Virus record (IMG/VR): IMGVR_UViG_3300044692_000034
Location: 32,001 to 96,000 of that record
From: a virus
DNA length: 64,000 nt
Reading direction: 5' to 3' (one strand)
The notes beneath the pieces are model-generated. The model saw only the letters and a list, made by a program, of their open reading frames with translations. It had not been told where the DNA came from and did no database searches. Below, piece by piece: positions 27,538 through 35,854 of this stretch; within the stretch, counting starts at the first letter, position 1, and every line of letters starts with the position of its first letter. Both the position numbers and the translations under genes were made by a program.

Positions 27538-28200
27538 CTACTGCGTGGTGGAGCGCGTGCCGGTGCCCGTCGGCACCTCGGGGTTGTCCGTCTTCGACGT
27601 GTCCGTCTTGCTGATCTCGGCGGACTCGTCGAGCTGGAGCTTCACCGGCGTGTCGATCTTGAACGGCTGGTCGCTGATGTGCGCACCCTCGGATGGGAAC
27701 CTGAGGATCGCACCCGTGATGGAGATGGCGACGTACCCCGAGTTCGATGTGCCCTGATGGACGCCGTTGGGTTCGGCGAGCCCGATGTCTCCGCACCCGT
27801 CCGGGATGTTCGTGCCGCCACCGATGTGCTGGCAGTAGAGCTGCACCGGATTCGTGACCTCATCTCCGGCCGGCTGCGGCGCGCCGCGCGTGACGTAGTG
27901 CGCGTACGGCGTGCCGTCCATCGCGACCATCGTCACATACCACAGCTTGTTCGGGTCGGCGTCGGCGGTGTAGAAGGCGTCCTGGACGCGGAGCGCGGCG
28001 GAGTCGTGCAGGTACGGCAGCTTCTCGGCCTTGCGCAGCTCACTGATCTGCTTGTCGATGTACGTGACGTCCTGCTGGACGATGTTCTGCTGAGCCTTGA
28101 CGAGCTTGCGCTTCGCGGCGCTCGTGCATGCCGTGGCGCCGAGCCCCAGGGGGACGATAAGCAGCAGCCACAGCCAACGACGACGACGATTCTTGAACAT
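27538..28200 (-). CDS. putative lipoprotein
   Basis: RRRR + hydrophobic signal + lipobox-like GATAC; later AEPNGV motif. Confidence 0.7.
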   Translation of the reverse strand: MFKNRRRRWLWLLLIVPLGLGATACTSAAKRKLVKAQQNIVQQDVTYIDKQISELRKAEKLPYLHDSAALRVQDAFYTADADPNKLWYVTMVAMDGTPYAHYVTRGAPQPAGDEVTNPVQLYCQHIGGGTNIPDGCGDIGLAEPNGVHQGTSNSGYVAISITGAILRFPSEGAHISDQPFKIDTPVKLQLDESAEISKTDTSKTDNPEVPTGTGTRSTTQ

Positions 28201-28214
28201 GGGCGGTGCGGGCC

Positions 28215-28799
28215 TCAGCCGCAGTCGACGGAGTACCCGTCGGGGATCGGGTTGGGGAGCGTGATGCGGTCCGGCAGCCCCGCGTCCTTGAACACGTTCG
28301 CGGTGCTCTGCGCAGAGCGACTGTTGTAGTCGGCGGCGGACTTCGCCGCGACGTCACGAGCCGCCGACAGGTCCTGCTGGTCCGTCGTGATGTTCTTGAT
28401 GGCGACCTGCTGCTGGAGTGGGTCGCTGACGTCCTTCGCGGCGGCCTCGTCGGTCGCGAGCGTCTGCTGCGCGTTGCGGATCACCGCGAGCTGCGAGTTC
28501 ACGTCCTGGCACGTGTTGTGGAAGAACGCGATCTGCGCCTGCTTGTTCTCCGGCGAGTACACCTGCTTGTCCGTCCTGGAATTGACGGTGTGCTTCGCCG
28601 CCTCCCCCTCGAAGAACACAGAGCCCGTCGTCGCGACGCCCACGAGCGCCGCGACGACAAGCACGAGCACGAGCACGCCGACGACCCACTTCAGCGTCAC
28701 CCACCACGGATGCGCCTCGAACTCGTCAGCGCGGTCGTCCCACGTCGGGCTCTCGCGGTAGCGGTCGCGAGCATCGCGACGGGGCTGCCTACGCGACAC
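28215..28799 (-). CDS. membrane protein with coiled-coil ectodomain
   Basis: TM WVVGVLVLVLVVAALVGV; C-terminal YNSRS...F...LP..I. Confidence 0.7.
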   Translation of the reverse strand: MSRRQPRRDARDRYRESPTWDDRADEFEAHPWWVTLKWVVGVLVLVLVVAALVGVATTGSVFFEGEAAKHTVNSRTDKQVYSPENKQAQIAFFHNTCQDVNSQLAVIRNAQQTLATDEAAAKDVSDPLQQQVAIKNITTDQQDLSAARDVAAKSAADYNSRSAQSTANVFKDAGLPDRITLPNPIPDGYSVDCG

Positions 28800-29226
28800 G
28801 GCTCGCCCACTCCACCTTGATGCCGGCGCGCTTGAGGAAGGAGAGCGCGTCGCCGAGCGCCTTGGCACGACCGTCCTTCTTGCTGTACAGGTCGAGCGGC
28901 GAGCACCGCGCCTGGCCGCTCGCGAGGATCTCGCCGTGCTCGTCGCGGATGATCGCCAAGGTCCGGCCACCCCACGACGACAGATGCGACACGCGCGTCT
29001 TGCCGGCCGCCGCCTCCTCGCGCGTGAGGCCGTTCGCTCGGAGCACCGCGTCGTACTCCTCGCGCTGTCCGATCCTGTCGAGCGGCTTGATGGCCGGCAG
29101 CGTACGGCGGTTCCTGCGCGGCGTGCGCGTGTTCAGCTCCGCCGCGTAGTGGAGGTAGTCGCCATCGGAGCGCCCGTACCGCTCGTGCTGGTATTCGACT
29201 GTGCAACCCTCCATGACTAGTGTCAT
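28789..29226 (-). CDS. hypothetical phage protein
   Basis: GQARCSPLDLYSKKDGRAKALGDAL motif; AGGAG SD. Confidence 0.65.
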   Translation of the reverse strand: MTLVMEGCTVEYQHERYGRSDGDYLHYAAELNTRTPRRNRRTLPAIKPLDRIGQREEYDAVLRANGLTREEAAAGKTRVSHLSSWGGRTLAIIRDEHGEILASGQARCSPLDLYSKKDGRAKALGDALSFLKRAGIKVEWASRVA

Positions 29227-29267
29227 CGTTCTCCTTCTCCGGCCGGTGTACTTGGCTTGAGTCGTGA

Positions 29268-29295
29268 AGTGTACGCGCCGTTTTGGTCAGTGCAA
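29268..29295 (-). promoter_or_regulatory. promoter TTGCAC-N16-TACACT
   Basis: Read directly. Confidence 0.65.
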
Positions 29296-29505
29296 GCGAC
29301 GCGTGTCGCTGCTACCGAAGCGCCGTGACGCGCCGCACGGCAGATTTCACGTCCTGCGCGAAGAGTTTGATCTCCTTCTCCGCGATGACGTGCTCCGTGT
29401 ACCCTACGTCGCCGCGTCCGGGCGGTTCGTCGCGCTGCGAATGCGGGACGCGAGCAACAACCACGTGACGCTCGACGAACTCAGTTTCGGGCCACTTCTC
29501 CGCGC

Positions 29506-30015
29506 TCATGCGAGACCATCCTCAGGGTCGTACTCCGGCATGCCATCGATGACAGCTGCCATGTCGACGCCGCACTTCGCCAAGTGCTCGACCACTGTTG
29601 CCATCGCCTCGTTGATGGTGACCTTGACGTGTGCCAGCTCGCGGGCGGCCTTGAGCAGGTCTTGCCCGGCGCGCTGGTTGGCAGCGTGCCGGGCGTCGTC
29701 GAGCTGCGCCTCGCTCTCGTTGAGCGCGTCGCACTGCGCCTGCGCGATCGCCATCACGTCCTTGAGTGCCCTCTTGAACGACCACTTCGGGCGGCGGCTC
29801 AAGGCGCGTACCGTCGCGACCCTGTCGACCTCGTGCATCGTGGCGCCGTTCGTGATCACCACCGACAGGCCGCTGTAGTTGTCGCCCCTGGCCGGCGTCT
29901 CGTCGCCGCTGCCCTCGGCGACGGGGTTGTCGCCGACAGGTCGGCATTGCACGACCCACTCGTGGGAGCCGGGTACGATGACTCCCACGGTGCTCAGGTA
30001 CTCCCTCGGTTCCAT
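29506..30015 (-). CDS. hypothetical coiled-coil protein
   Basis: GGAGAGG SD; follows the TROVE gene. Confidence 0.6.
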   Translation of the reverse strand: MEPREYLSTVGVIVPGSHEWVVQCRPVGDNPVAEGSGDETPARGDNYSGLSVVITNGATMHEVDRVATVRALSRRPKWSFKRALKDVMAIAQAQCDALNESEAQLDDARHAANQRAGQDLLKAARELAHVKVTINEAMATVVEHLAKCGVDMAAVIDGMPEYDPEDGLA

Positions 30016-30037
30016 AGCCCTCTCCTGCGATGGGTTA

Positions 30038-31792
30038 CTACGAGTTCACGAGGACGAACTCGGCCATGACGCCGGGCGCCGAGGCGTCGAGCCCGACCAT
30101 GTCGAGCGAGTGCGGGTCCCGGGGGCCGCAGATGGACGACCGACCGGCGGTCATCGAGTGAACGATGAGCTTGGCGTTGATGCCCATCTGCTTGCGGTAC
30201 TGGTTCAGCGCCTCGGACGGGTGGATGACGCCGCTCCACGTCTCATTGTCCGTGTACACGACGAACGCGTCGTACTCGCGGCGCTGCTCCAGCGCCCATA
30301 GCATCGGCAGTGCGCAGTCGGTGCCACCGAAGTTGAGGTCGTTGACGGAGGAGCAGACGTCGGTGATCCGCTGGCGCGGGCTCACGTTGAGCTGCGTTAG
30401 GACGGCAGCCGGCGCTGTCCTGTCAGCGTTCGCGATCAGGCCACGCCCGGCCGTGCCGTCGCTGAACGCGACGACGTCGTAGGGGTTGTCGAGCATGAGT
30501 GGCAGACTCATCGCGACGCTTGCCTCTCGTGCCGTGGTGTTCGGCAGGCCGGTGCACATGTTGCGGTTCATTGACTGCGAGACGTCGTACGCGATCAGCA
30601 ACCGCCCCATGGAGACGACGTTGTCGAACGCGAGGTAGTACGCCTCGTCAAGCGCGTCGATGACTCGTGACACCGGGGTCCACGTGCCGGTGCCCTGCTC
30701 GCTGCGCCCGTGCGCGTACGTCCGCGCCGCGACGAACAGCTTCATTGGGTGCACGAGCGAGCGACGGATGTGCTCCGGATTCGAGAGCTGCTGCACGACG
30801 AGGTCGGTCGCGGAGGAGACGCCGGTGAGCAGCGTCTTGCCGTTCTTGTCCGGGCGACTCATGCGCGGCAGGTTCCGGATAAGCGCGGTCATAGGCATGC
30901 CGGCCTTGAGCAGCGCGAACCACACATCGGACGTCATGTGCTCGGCTGGGATCGCCTCGTGCGGCACCGCCCGGCCGTATGCCGCGATCGTCGCGCACAC
31001 ATCCTGCGGGCTCGTCGCCTTCACCAGCTCCTCGTACGCCACGACCGGCCCGATGAACGCCGCGTACCGCTCGGGGTCGTGGTCGTTCAGGATGTCGTTG
31101 TACTCCGCCTTCTCGCGATGCGTCGCCCAGTCGATGAGCGTGCGGTGCTGCCAGCTCGCCATCGCCGTGCCCTGCTCATGCAGGGGCAGGCCCCCGAGGT
31201 AGCCTCCCTCGACGGCGTACGGGTGCGCCTGCCGCATGACGTCACGGTGCGTCCACCCGTACCGCTGCCGGTACTTGACCATCTGGTACGCGACGTCTTC
31301 GGCCGACTTGTTCAGGTACCAGCGGGTGATGGCCTTGCGGAACCCGCGTCCCCAGCCGCGCATGTCCTCGCAGAAGGACAGGAACATGAACAGGGTGCTC
31401 GCGGTGCGGCACACGACGGGGATCGCAGCGAGGCCGGCCTCGCGGACGTCCTGGCGCTCGTGCGAGCAGAGCACGGCGAGCGCGTAGATGCCCGGGTCCT
31501 GCTTCGGGGCGCGGCCCGCCACGCTCACGTTCACGACCTCGGCAACGGTGCGGACGGCGTCCTTCTCGATGCACCGCAGCAGCGCGTCGACGTTGTCGAG
31601 CGTGAGCTTGTCCTGCCCGGCGTAGTACGTGCCGCCTTCGCTGCCGATGACGAGCCACCGGCGCAGACGCGCCCAATCGCCCGCCTGCCATACGTACCCG
31701 CCCGCCGGATTCTTGACCTGGCCCGAACCCGGAAGCGGCCGCGACTGCGGCGTCTTCACCGCACGTCTGGTGCCTCTCTTCAGGTAGCTCAT
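30038..31792 (-). CDS. rsr: Ro60/TROVE domain RNA-binding protein (Rsr-like)
   Basis: QVKNPAGGYVW, RLRRWLVIGSEGGTYY, GWGRGFRK, YQMVKYRQRYGWTHRD, vWA MIDAS DVSQSM, GGTDCALPM, YTDNETW; start MSYLK with GGAGAGGAG SD. Confidence 0.95.
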   Translation of the reverse strand: MSYLKRGTRRAVKTPQSRPLPGSGQVKNPAGGYVWQAGDWARLRRWLVIGSEGGTYYAGQDKLTLDNVDALLRCIEKDAVRTVAEVVNVSVAGRAPKQDPGIYALAVLCSHERQDVREAGLAAIPVVCRTASTLFMFLSFCEDMRGWGRGFRKAITRWYLNKSAEDVAYQMVKYRQRYGWTHRDVMRQAHPYAVEGGYLGGLPLHEQGTAMASWQHRTLIDWATHREKAEYNDILNDHDPERYAAFIGPVVAYEELVKATSPQDVCATIAAYGRAVPHEAIPAEHMTSDVWFALLKAGMPMTALIRNLPRMSRPDKNGKTLLTGVSSATDLVVQQLSNPEHIRRSLVHPMKLFVAARTYAHGRSEQGTGTWTPVSRVIDALDEAYYLAFDNVVSMGRLLIAYDVSQSMNRNMCTGLPNTTAREASVAMSLPLMLDNPYDVVAFSDGTAGRGLIANADRTAPAAVLTQLNVSPRQRITDVCSSVNDLNFGGTDCALPMLWALEQRREYDAFVVYTDNETWSGVIHPSEALNQYRKQMGINAKLIVHSMTAGRSSICGPRDPHSLDMVGLDASAPGVMAEFVLVNS

Positions 31793-31824
31793 CAGGTCAC
31801 AACTCCTCTCCGGTGAAGTTAGGG

Positions 31825-31955
31825 CGTCGCACGGGCATGTTGCGTGAACCTTGTCCGCCGGCAACGCTCACGCGTCCCGACCTTAGATACCGCTCTATGA
31901 GCGACGTATCAGGGTTTCAACCTGAGATAACAGACTCACAGCGGCCCGTACGACG
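31825..31955 (-). ncRNA. Y RNA-like ncRNA no. 3 (~131 nt, no tRNA module)
   Basis: Terminal stem CGTCGTACGGGC/GCCCGTGCGACG (U-G wobble on minus); shared GGGCCG..., GTTATCT and ACATGCCCG motifs. Confidence 0.75.
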
Positions 31956-31961
31956 TAGAGC

Positions 31962-31989
31962 AGAGTACACCATGCCAGCGACCCCGCAA
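31962..31989 (-). promoter_or_regulatory. promoter TTGCGG-N16-TACTCT for Y RNA no. 3 and rsr
   Basis: Predicted +1 falls on about 31955, the first base of the Y RNA stem. Confidence 0.65.
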
Positions 31990-32012
31990 CCAACAAACAG
32001 TCGCAGAAACGA

Positions 32013-32168
32013 CCGAGGGCCGTGCGGGCATGTGACGTAGACGAGGGATCTTCGCTGGTGCTCTGCCTCTTGAGCTACCCGGTCCTTATGAGACGCGAGG
32101 CAGGATTCGAACCTGCAACCCCCAGCCTTGCCGGAGAACTCATCCACTTCGGCCCGCACGACCCTCGG
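32013..32168 (-). ncRNA. yrlA: YrlA-type Y RNA (tRNA mimic, ~156 nt)
   Basis: 17-bp terminal stem, GGGCCGA/CATGCCC Ro-binding helix; permuted tRNA module with T arm GCAGG-TTCGAAT-CCTGC, closed acceptor-like hairpin, D arm TAGCTCAAGAGGCAGAGC and GCTGG/CCAGC stem. Confidence 0.88.
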
Positions 32169-32191
32169 CTCGTGTGGCGCAGAGAGACGAA

Positions 32192-32267
32192 CGTATGCGG
32201 CGGGCATGTGATTCGCCAAGGGGTGTCGTAGGAAGATAACCCTCGGCTGTCGGCCCGCCGCGCTACG
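32192..32267 (-). ncRNA. minimal Y RNA-like ncRNA no. 1 (~76 nt)
   Basis: GCGGCGGGC/GCCCGCCGC stem; GGGCCGA, GGTTATCT and ACATGCCCG motifs shared with the other two. Confidence 0.75.
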
Positions 32268-32284
32268 CAGCGTACACCACTAGC

Positions 32285-33271
32285 TCAGCCAACACCATAC
32301 GTCATGAAGAAATGGCCGGGATAGTAATCGACGGTGCCGTAATCGATCGGGGGTGAGCCGTGCCCGATCGTCTTGCCACCGCCGACGTATATCTCCACAT
32401 GGCCGCCGTCCGCCGAGAACATTAGATCTCCCGGCTGCGGGTGCGTCGCGAGCGTGCCCTTCGATATCTGATCGAGCGTGTCGGTCCCGGGGTCTGGCGC
32501 GCCCGCCGCAAGGTAGATGGCCCTCGCCCACTGTGAACAATCTGTGCGGTCCGGTGCCGGCGGCATCGGGTTGTCAGTGAGCGCGCCTTCTTCGCTGTAC
32601 CGGTTGTATCCCGTCTTCGTTGAGAGCGTCGCTTCGGCTGCGCTGATGATCTTGGCGCGGACGCCGGCGAGGTCGCCTACGGCTGCGGCTGCGCCACGGT
32701 ACAGCGCAGCTTTCTCTTCGACTTCACTGACGTACCATTCGGCGTTGTTGTACGCAAGGATCGCCCGGTGGTAGTCCTGCGGCGCGCCGTTCGCCACGAG
32801 CATCCTGGCTGTGGCAGGCACCGCGTCTTTCGGATCGTAGACGTCGCCGCCCTGCCCGTACGCGTCCCACGTACTCGGCGGCCCGTTCTTGATGTTGAAC
32901 TGGCCGGGACCGGCGCAGCATCCGTACGCGTTGACGCCCGAGTGCACACCCGGTGCCGTACTCCGCCCATGGTCTGTTTCGATGCTGTAGATGCCGGCGA
33001 TGATCGCCCAGTCGATGTGGTACTCGTCACCTGCCTGCCTGTACAGCGTCAGCATGTCCGGTGGGATGTCAGCTACTGCGACGGTGCTCGGCGCGTACCC
33101 AACCTGACCACCGCCAAGGCCACCGACGAGCATGCCAGCAACGGCCATCAGGAAGACGTAGACCGTGGCGCAGAGCACGAACCCGGCGAGCAGAGCCTTG
33201 CTAACGAGGCTCGTGTCATCCCAGCGTTGCCGTGCCGCCCGAGCAGCGACGGTGACTTCCATGGACGCCAT
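32285..33271 (-). CDS. conjugative cell-wall hydrolase: lytic transglycosylase + NlpC/P60 (CwlT/VirB1-like)
   Basis: N-terminal TM; IDWAIIAGIYSIETDHG, GPGQF, AILAYN; TDCSQW, PQPGDLMF, HVEIYVGGG. Confidence 0.9.
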   Translation of the reverse strand: MASMEVTVAARAARQRWDDTSLVSKALLAGFVLCATVYVFLMAVAGMLVGGLGGGQVGYAPSTVAVADIPPDMLTLYRQAGDEYHIDWAIIAGIYSIETDHGRSTAPGVHSGVNAYGCCAGPGQFNIKNGPPSTWDAYGQGGDVYDPKDAVPATARMLVANGAPQDYHRAILAYNNAEWYVSEVEEKAALYRGAAAAVGDLAGVRAKIISAAEATLSTKTGYNRYSEEGALTDNPMPPAPDRTDCSQWARAIYLAAGAPDPGTDTLDQISKGTLATHPQPGDLMFSADGGHVEIYVGGGKTIGHGSPPIDYGTVDYYPGHFFMTYGVG

Positions 33272-33780
33272 CAGCTAAGCCCCGTGACCATCCAGCGGCC
33301 GTGCTTCTCCAAGGTGAGCTTCACAACGTAGTGGCGGTCGTGAGAGTCGAGTACCCATGCGCTCGTCGCCGCTTCGTTCTGCGTGATGTTCTTCACCTGC
33401 ACGAGCAACACCTTTGCCGTCGTTCTCCCCATGCTCGCGGGGGCTCGCGGCGGGTCAGCGAGCAACTGAGCCTTGAACTCAGGCGCGGCGTCGTTTAGGT
33501 CGCCTGGCGCGTTGCCGTACGAGAACGGCAGGTATTCCTTCAAGAACTGGCGCGTTGTATGGCGCGCTCCGGTGGAGTCCGGGTGCACAGGCAAGCCAGA
33601 CAACGTACCCGGAACCGGTGTCCTGACTGGGTCTGGCGGCTTCTCCGGGGCCGGCGTACGTGTCGGCTTCGGGGGCTGCGTCGGGTGCTGCCCGACAGGG
33701 TTCTGCGCGAGGTACCAAGCGAGCAGAGCAACGGCTACCGAGCAGAGCGCGACAGCCGCCGCTTTAGCTCTCGTCGACAT
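33271..33780 (-). CDS. membrane-anchored conjugation-associated protein
   Basis: Signal/TM, Pro-rich linker and NTF2-like pattern (FLKEYLPFSY...YVVKLTLEKHGRWMVTGL). Confidence 0.65.
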   Translation of the reverse strand: MSTRAKAAAVALCSVAVALLAWYLAQNPVGQHPTQPPKPTRTPAPEKPPDPVRTPVPGTLSGLPVHPDSTGARHTTRQFLKEYLPFSYGNAPGDLNDAAPEFKAQLLADPPRAPASMGRTTAKVLLVQVKNITQNEAATSAWVLDSHDRHYVVKLTLEKHGRWMVTGLS

Positions 33781-35854
33781 TCTCATCCTCTTCGACGTCC
33801 GTGTCGTCGTCTAGGCGGTCGTCTTGCTCCGTGTGCGTGCTCTCGACAAGCACACGCTTCTTTCTCTTGCTGCGACGCAACCTCCCTACTGCCTCGTCGT
33901 GAAGCTCGCGCGGGGTGCGACCCTCCTTCTGCGCGCCGCCCTCTCTCGTGTCGGCAGGTGTCGGGTCGTCTGGTGCCGTCCCGTCCGTAGCGGTAGCGGA
34001 CCCGCCTTGCGGCACACCCCTCTTGTTCGGATCGTGCTCCGTGCCGACGAGAGCCCACGCCACCCGGTGATTGCCCTTCTCGCCGTTCCCGCCCCCGTCG
34101 TTCAGGGCGGCTAGTTCTTCTTCGGTTGCGTACCGGTACTCGCGCTGACCGCGCTTGCCGCCGGCTCGCTTCCCGCGCCGCACACCGCCCGCTGTGTTAC
34201 GCCCCGGCTTGCTTGCGTCGCCCGGCTCCTCCGGCCAGCGCGGATCGGTGGTCCGCGTCGTCGAGCCACTGTCGAGGACGGCGTCGTCGTCCTCTGTGAT
34301 GTCGTCGTTGTTGCGCTTGCCGGCGTTAGGACCAGCGTCTGTCCCGTTGCCGCGCTGCGTACGGGAGCTGCGGAGCATGGACCGCACCGGGCGCATGGCT
34401 GCGTACATACCTGCGGCCGTGATAGCTGCGCTGCCCGTGCCGAGCCCGGCTGAGCGCCCGTGCGCGGCCTTGGCCAGCTCGTTGACGATGAGCTTGCGTT
34501 TGAGGTACACCGTCCAGAAAAACAACGTCTGGATGATGAACGCGACCTCGAAGCCGGCCCACTGTGTGGAGACGAGCAGAGCGGCGCTGACCCCCATGAG
34601 CACCGCTATGACGATCGCGTAAAAGATCTTGATGAATAGTGCGGTGGCGAGCCGCGTCGCCCACCATTTGACGAGGTCGATGCCGCGCGGGAAGATGCCG
34701 GCGACGAGCACTATGGGAGCGAGCCCGAAGAGCGCGAGCGCGACCACCTGCGCGATTATCACGGTCACAGAGAGACGGCCGAACAGGAGCATGAGAGCGA
34801 TCGCTCCCAGCCCAACAAGGAAGACGACCCTGACTCGTGAGAGCGCGCCGCCGGCTTGCTGGATGTCTACGGCTGCGCTGTCGTTCTTGTCGATCTTGCG
34901 TCCACGGAACTGCGCCGCGTACTTCGGGTCGTCTGGGACCTCTCCGCGTCTGAGTGCGTCGTACTCCTCGTCTCGTGCGTCCGTGCCGGGCGCTTGCCTC
35001 AGGAAGAACTTGGCGTAGCCGCCGTACCCGTTTGTGTCCTGCGTCGTGCTGCTGCGGCACACGTCAGCGAACGGGTTGCCTGGCGCCACCGACAGTGGGT
35101 AGCTGTCGTCTTGCGGCGAGGGTAGGTGCGTGTCGACGCAGTGCTCAAGGCCGCCGAACTCCAGGACGACCCACGGCTTGTAGATCATGATGTCGAACAC
35201 GTGGTCCGTGATGGACGTGCTCGGGTCGTCCCCCTTCTTGCCCACCGCACCGAATCCGTTCAGGAAGCTCGTGCTCACACCGTTAGCGAACTTGACCGCA
35301 CCACCGATGATGTATGTGGGGTTTGAGATGATGACGATGCACGCGACAGTGCATGCCAGCGACAGCGCGAACGCTGCGAAGACCTCGCCGGCTCTGCGTT
35401 GCACGAGCGCTCGCCACATGCCCCACACGCCCGCGCAGATGACCGCGAAGTACAGCCACCCTTGTGCGACGACCTGGCCCTCAAACTGTTGGACAGCTGC
35501 GGCGATAGCAGGCAACGCGCCATGCGGCCCCGTGATCAGCTGGAGATTGAACGCCCACGTGAAGACCTCGATGATCAGATTGAGGCCGTTGCAGATGAGG
35601 TCCCAGCCTTGCTGCGCGAACGATTGCCGCAGCTCCGGCACGATGCCGCCCGGGTTCGTGACACCGAAGTCGACGTGGTAGTCGAGGCCGTAGTTGCTGA
35701 GCGGGTACCTTGCCGCGAGCCCTTGCAGCCCTTGCGTCGGCCCGATGTTGACAAACGGGTCGCTGCCGAGGTATTCGGCGAATGCGCTCGCCGGCCCGAG
35801 TAGGTAGATCCCGAGCAGCCACGCTGCGACCTTGCCGGCTCTGCGTTTGATCAC
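33764..35854 (-). CDS. VirB6-like polytopic conjugation membrane protein (ConG/TcpH/Orf15-like)
   Basis: About 8 TM segments, YKPWVVLEFG motif, long hydrophilic C-tail; GTGA overlap with the VirB4 stop. Confidence 0.8.
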   Translation of the reverse strand: MIKRRAGKVAAWLLGIYLLGPASAFAEYLGSDPFVNIGPTQGLQGLAARYPLSNYGLDYHVDFGVTNPGGIVPELRQSFAQQGWDLICNGLNLIIEVFTWAFNLQLITGPHGALPAIAAAVQQFEGQVVAQGWLYFAVICAGVWGMWRALVQRRAGEVFAAFALSLACTVACIVIISNPTYIIGGAVKFANGVSTSFLNGFGAVGKKGDDPSTSITDHVFDIMIYKPWVVLEFGGLEHCVDTHLPSPQDDSYPLSVAPGNPFADVCRSSTTQDTNGYGGYAKFFLRQAPGTDARDEEYDALRRGEVPDDPKYAAQFRGRKIDKNDSAAVDIQQAGGALSRVRVVFLVGLGAIALMLLFGRLSVTVIIAQVVALALFGLAPIVLVAGIFPRGIDLVKWWATRLATALFIKIFYAIVIAVLMGVSAALLVSTQWAGFEVAFIIQTLFFWTVYLKRKLIVNELAKAAHGRSAGLGTGSAAITAAGMYAAMRPVRSMLRSSRTQRGNGTDAGPNAGKRNNDDITEDDDAVLDSGSTTRTTDPRWPEEPGDASKPGRNTAGGVRRGKRAGGKRGQREYRYATEEELAALNDGGGNGEKGNHRVAWALVGTEHDPNKRGVPQGGSATATDGTAPDDPTPADTREGGAQKEGRTPRELHDEAVGRLRRSKRKKRVLVESTHTEQDDRLDDDTDVEEDENVDES

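Noticed and set aside
32060-32130. Apparent tRNA gene
   Set aside because: The T arm precedes the D arm and there is no anticodon loop or free acceptor end; this is the permuted module of a YrlA-type RNA.
31917-32219. 100-aa minus-strand ORF and the extended TROVE start at 31864
   Set aside because: They overlap the Y RNA stems and tRNA-like module; the ATG at 31792 has a strong SD.
31825-32267. CRISPR-like repeat array
   Set aside because: The repeats are short, degenerate paired stems with irregular spacing, and no cas genes are present.
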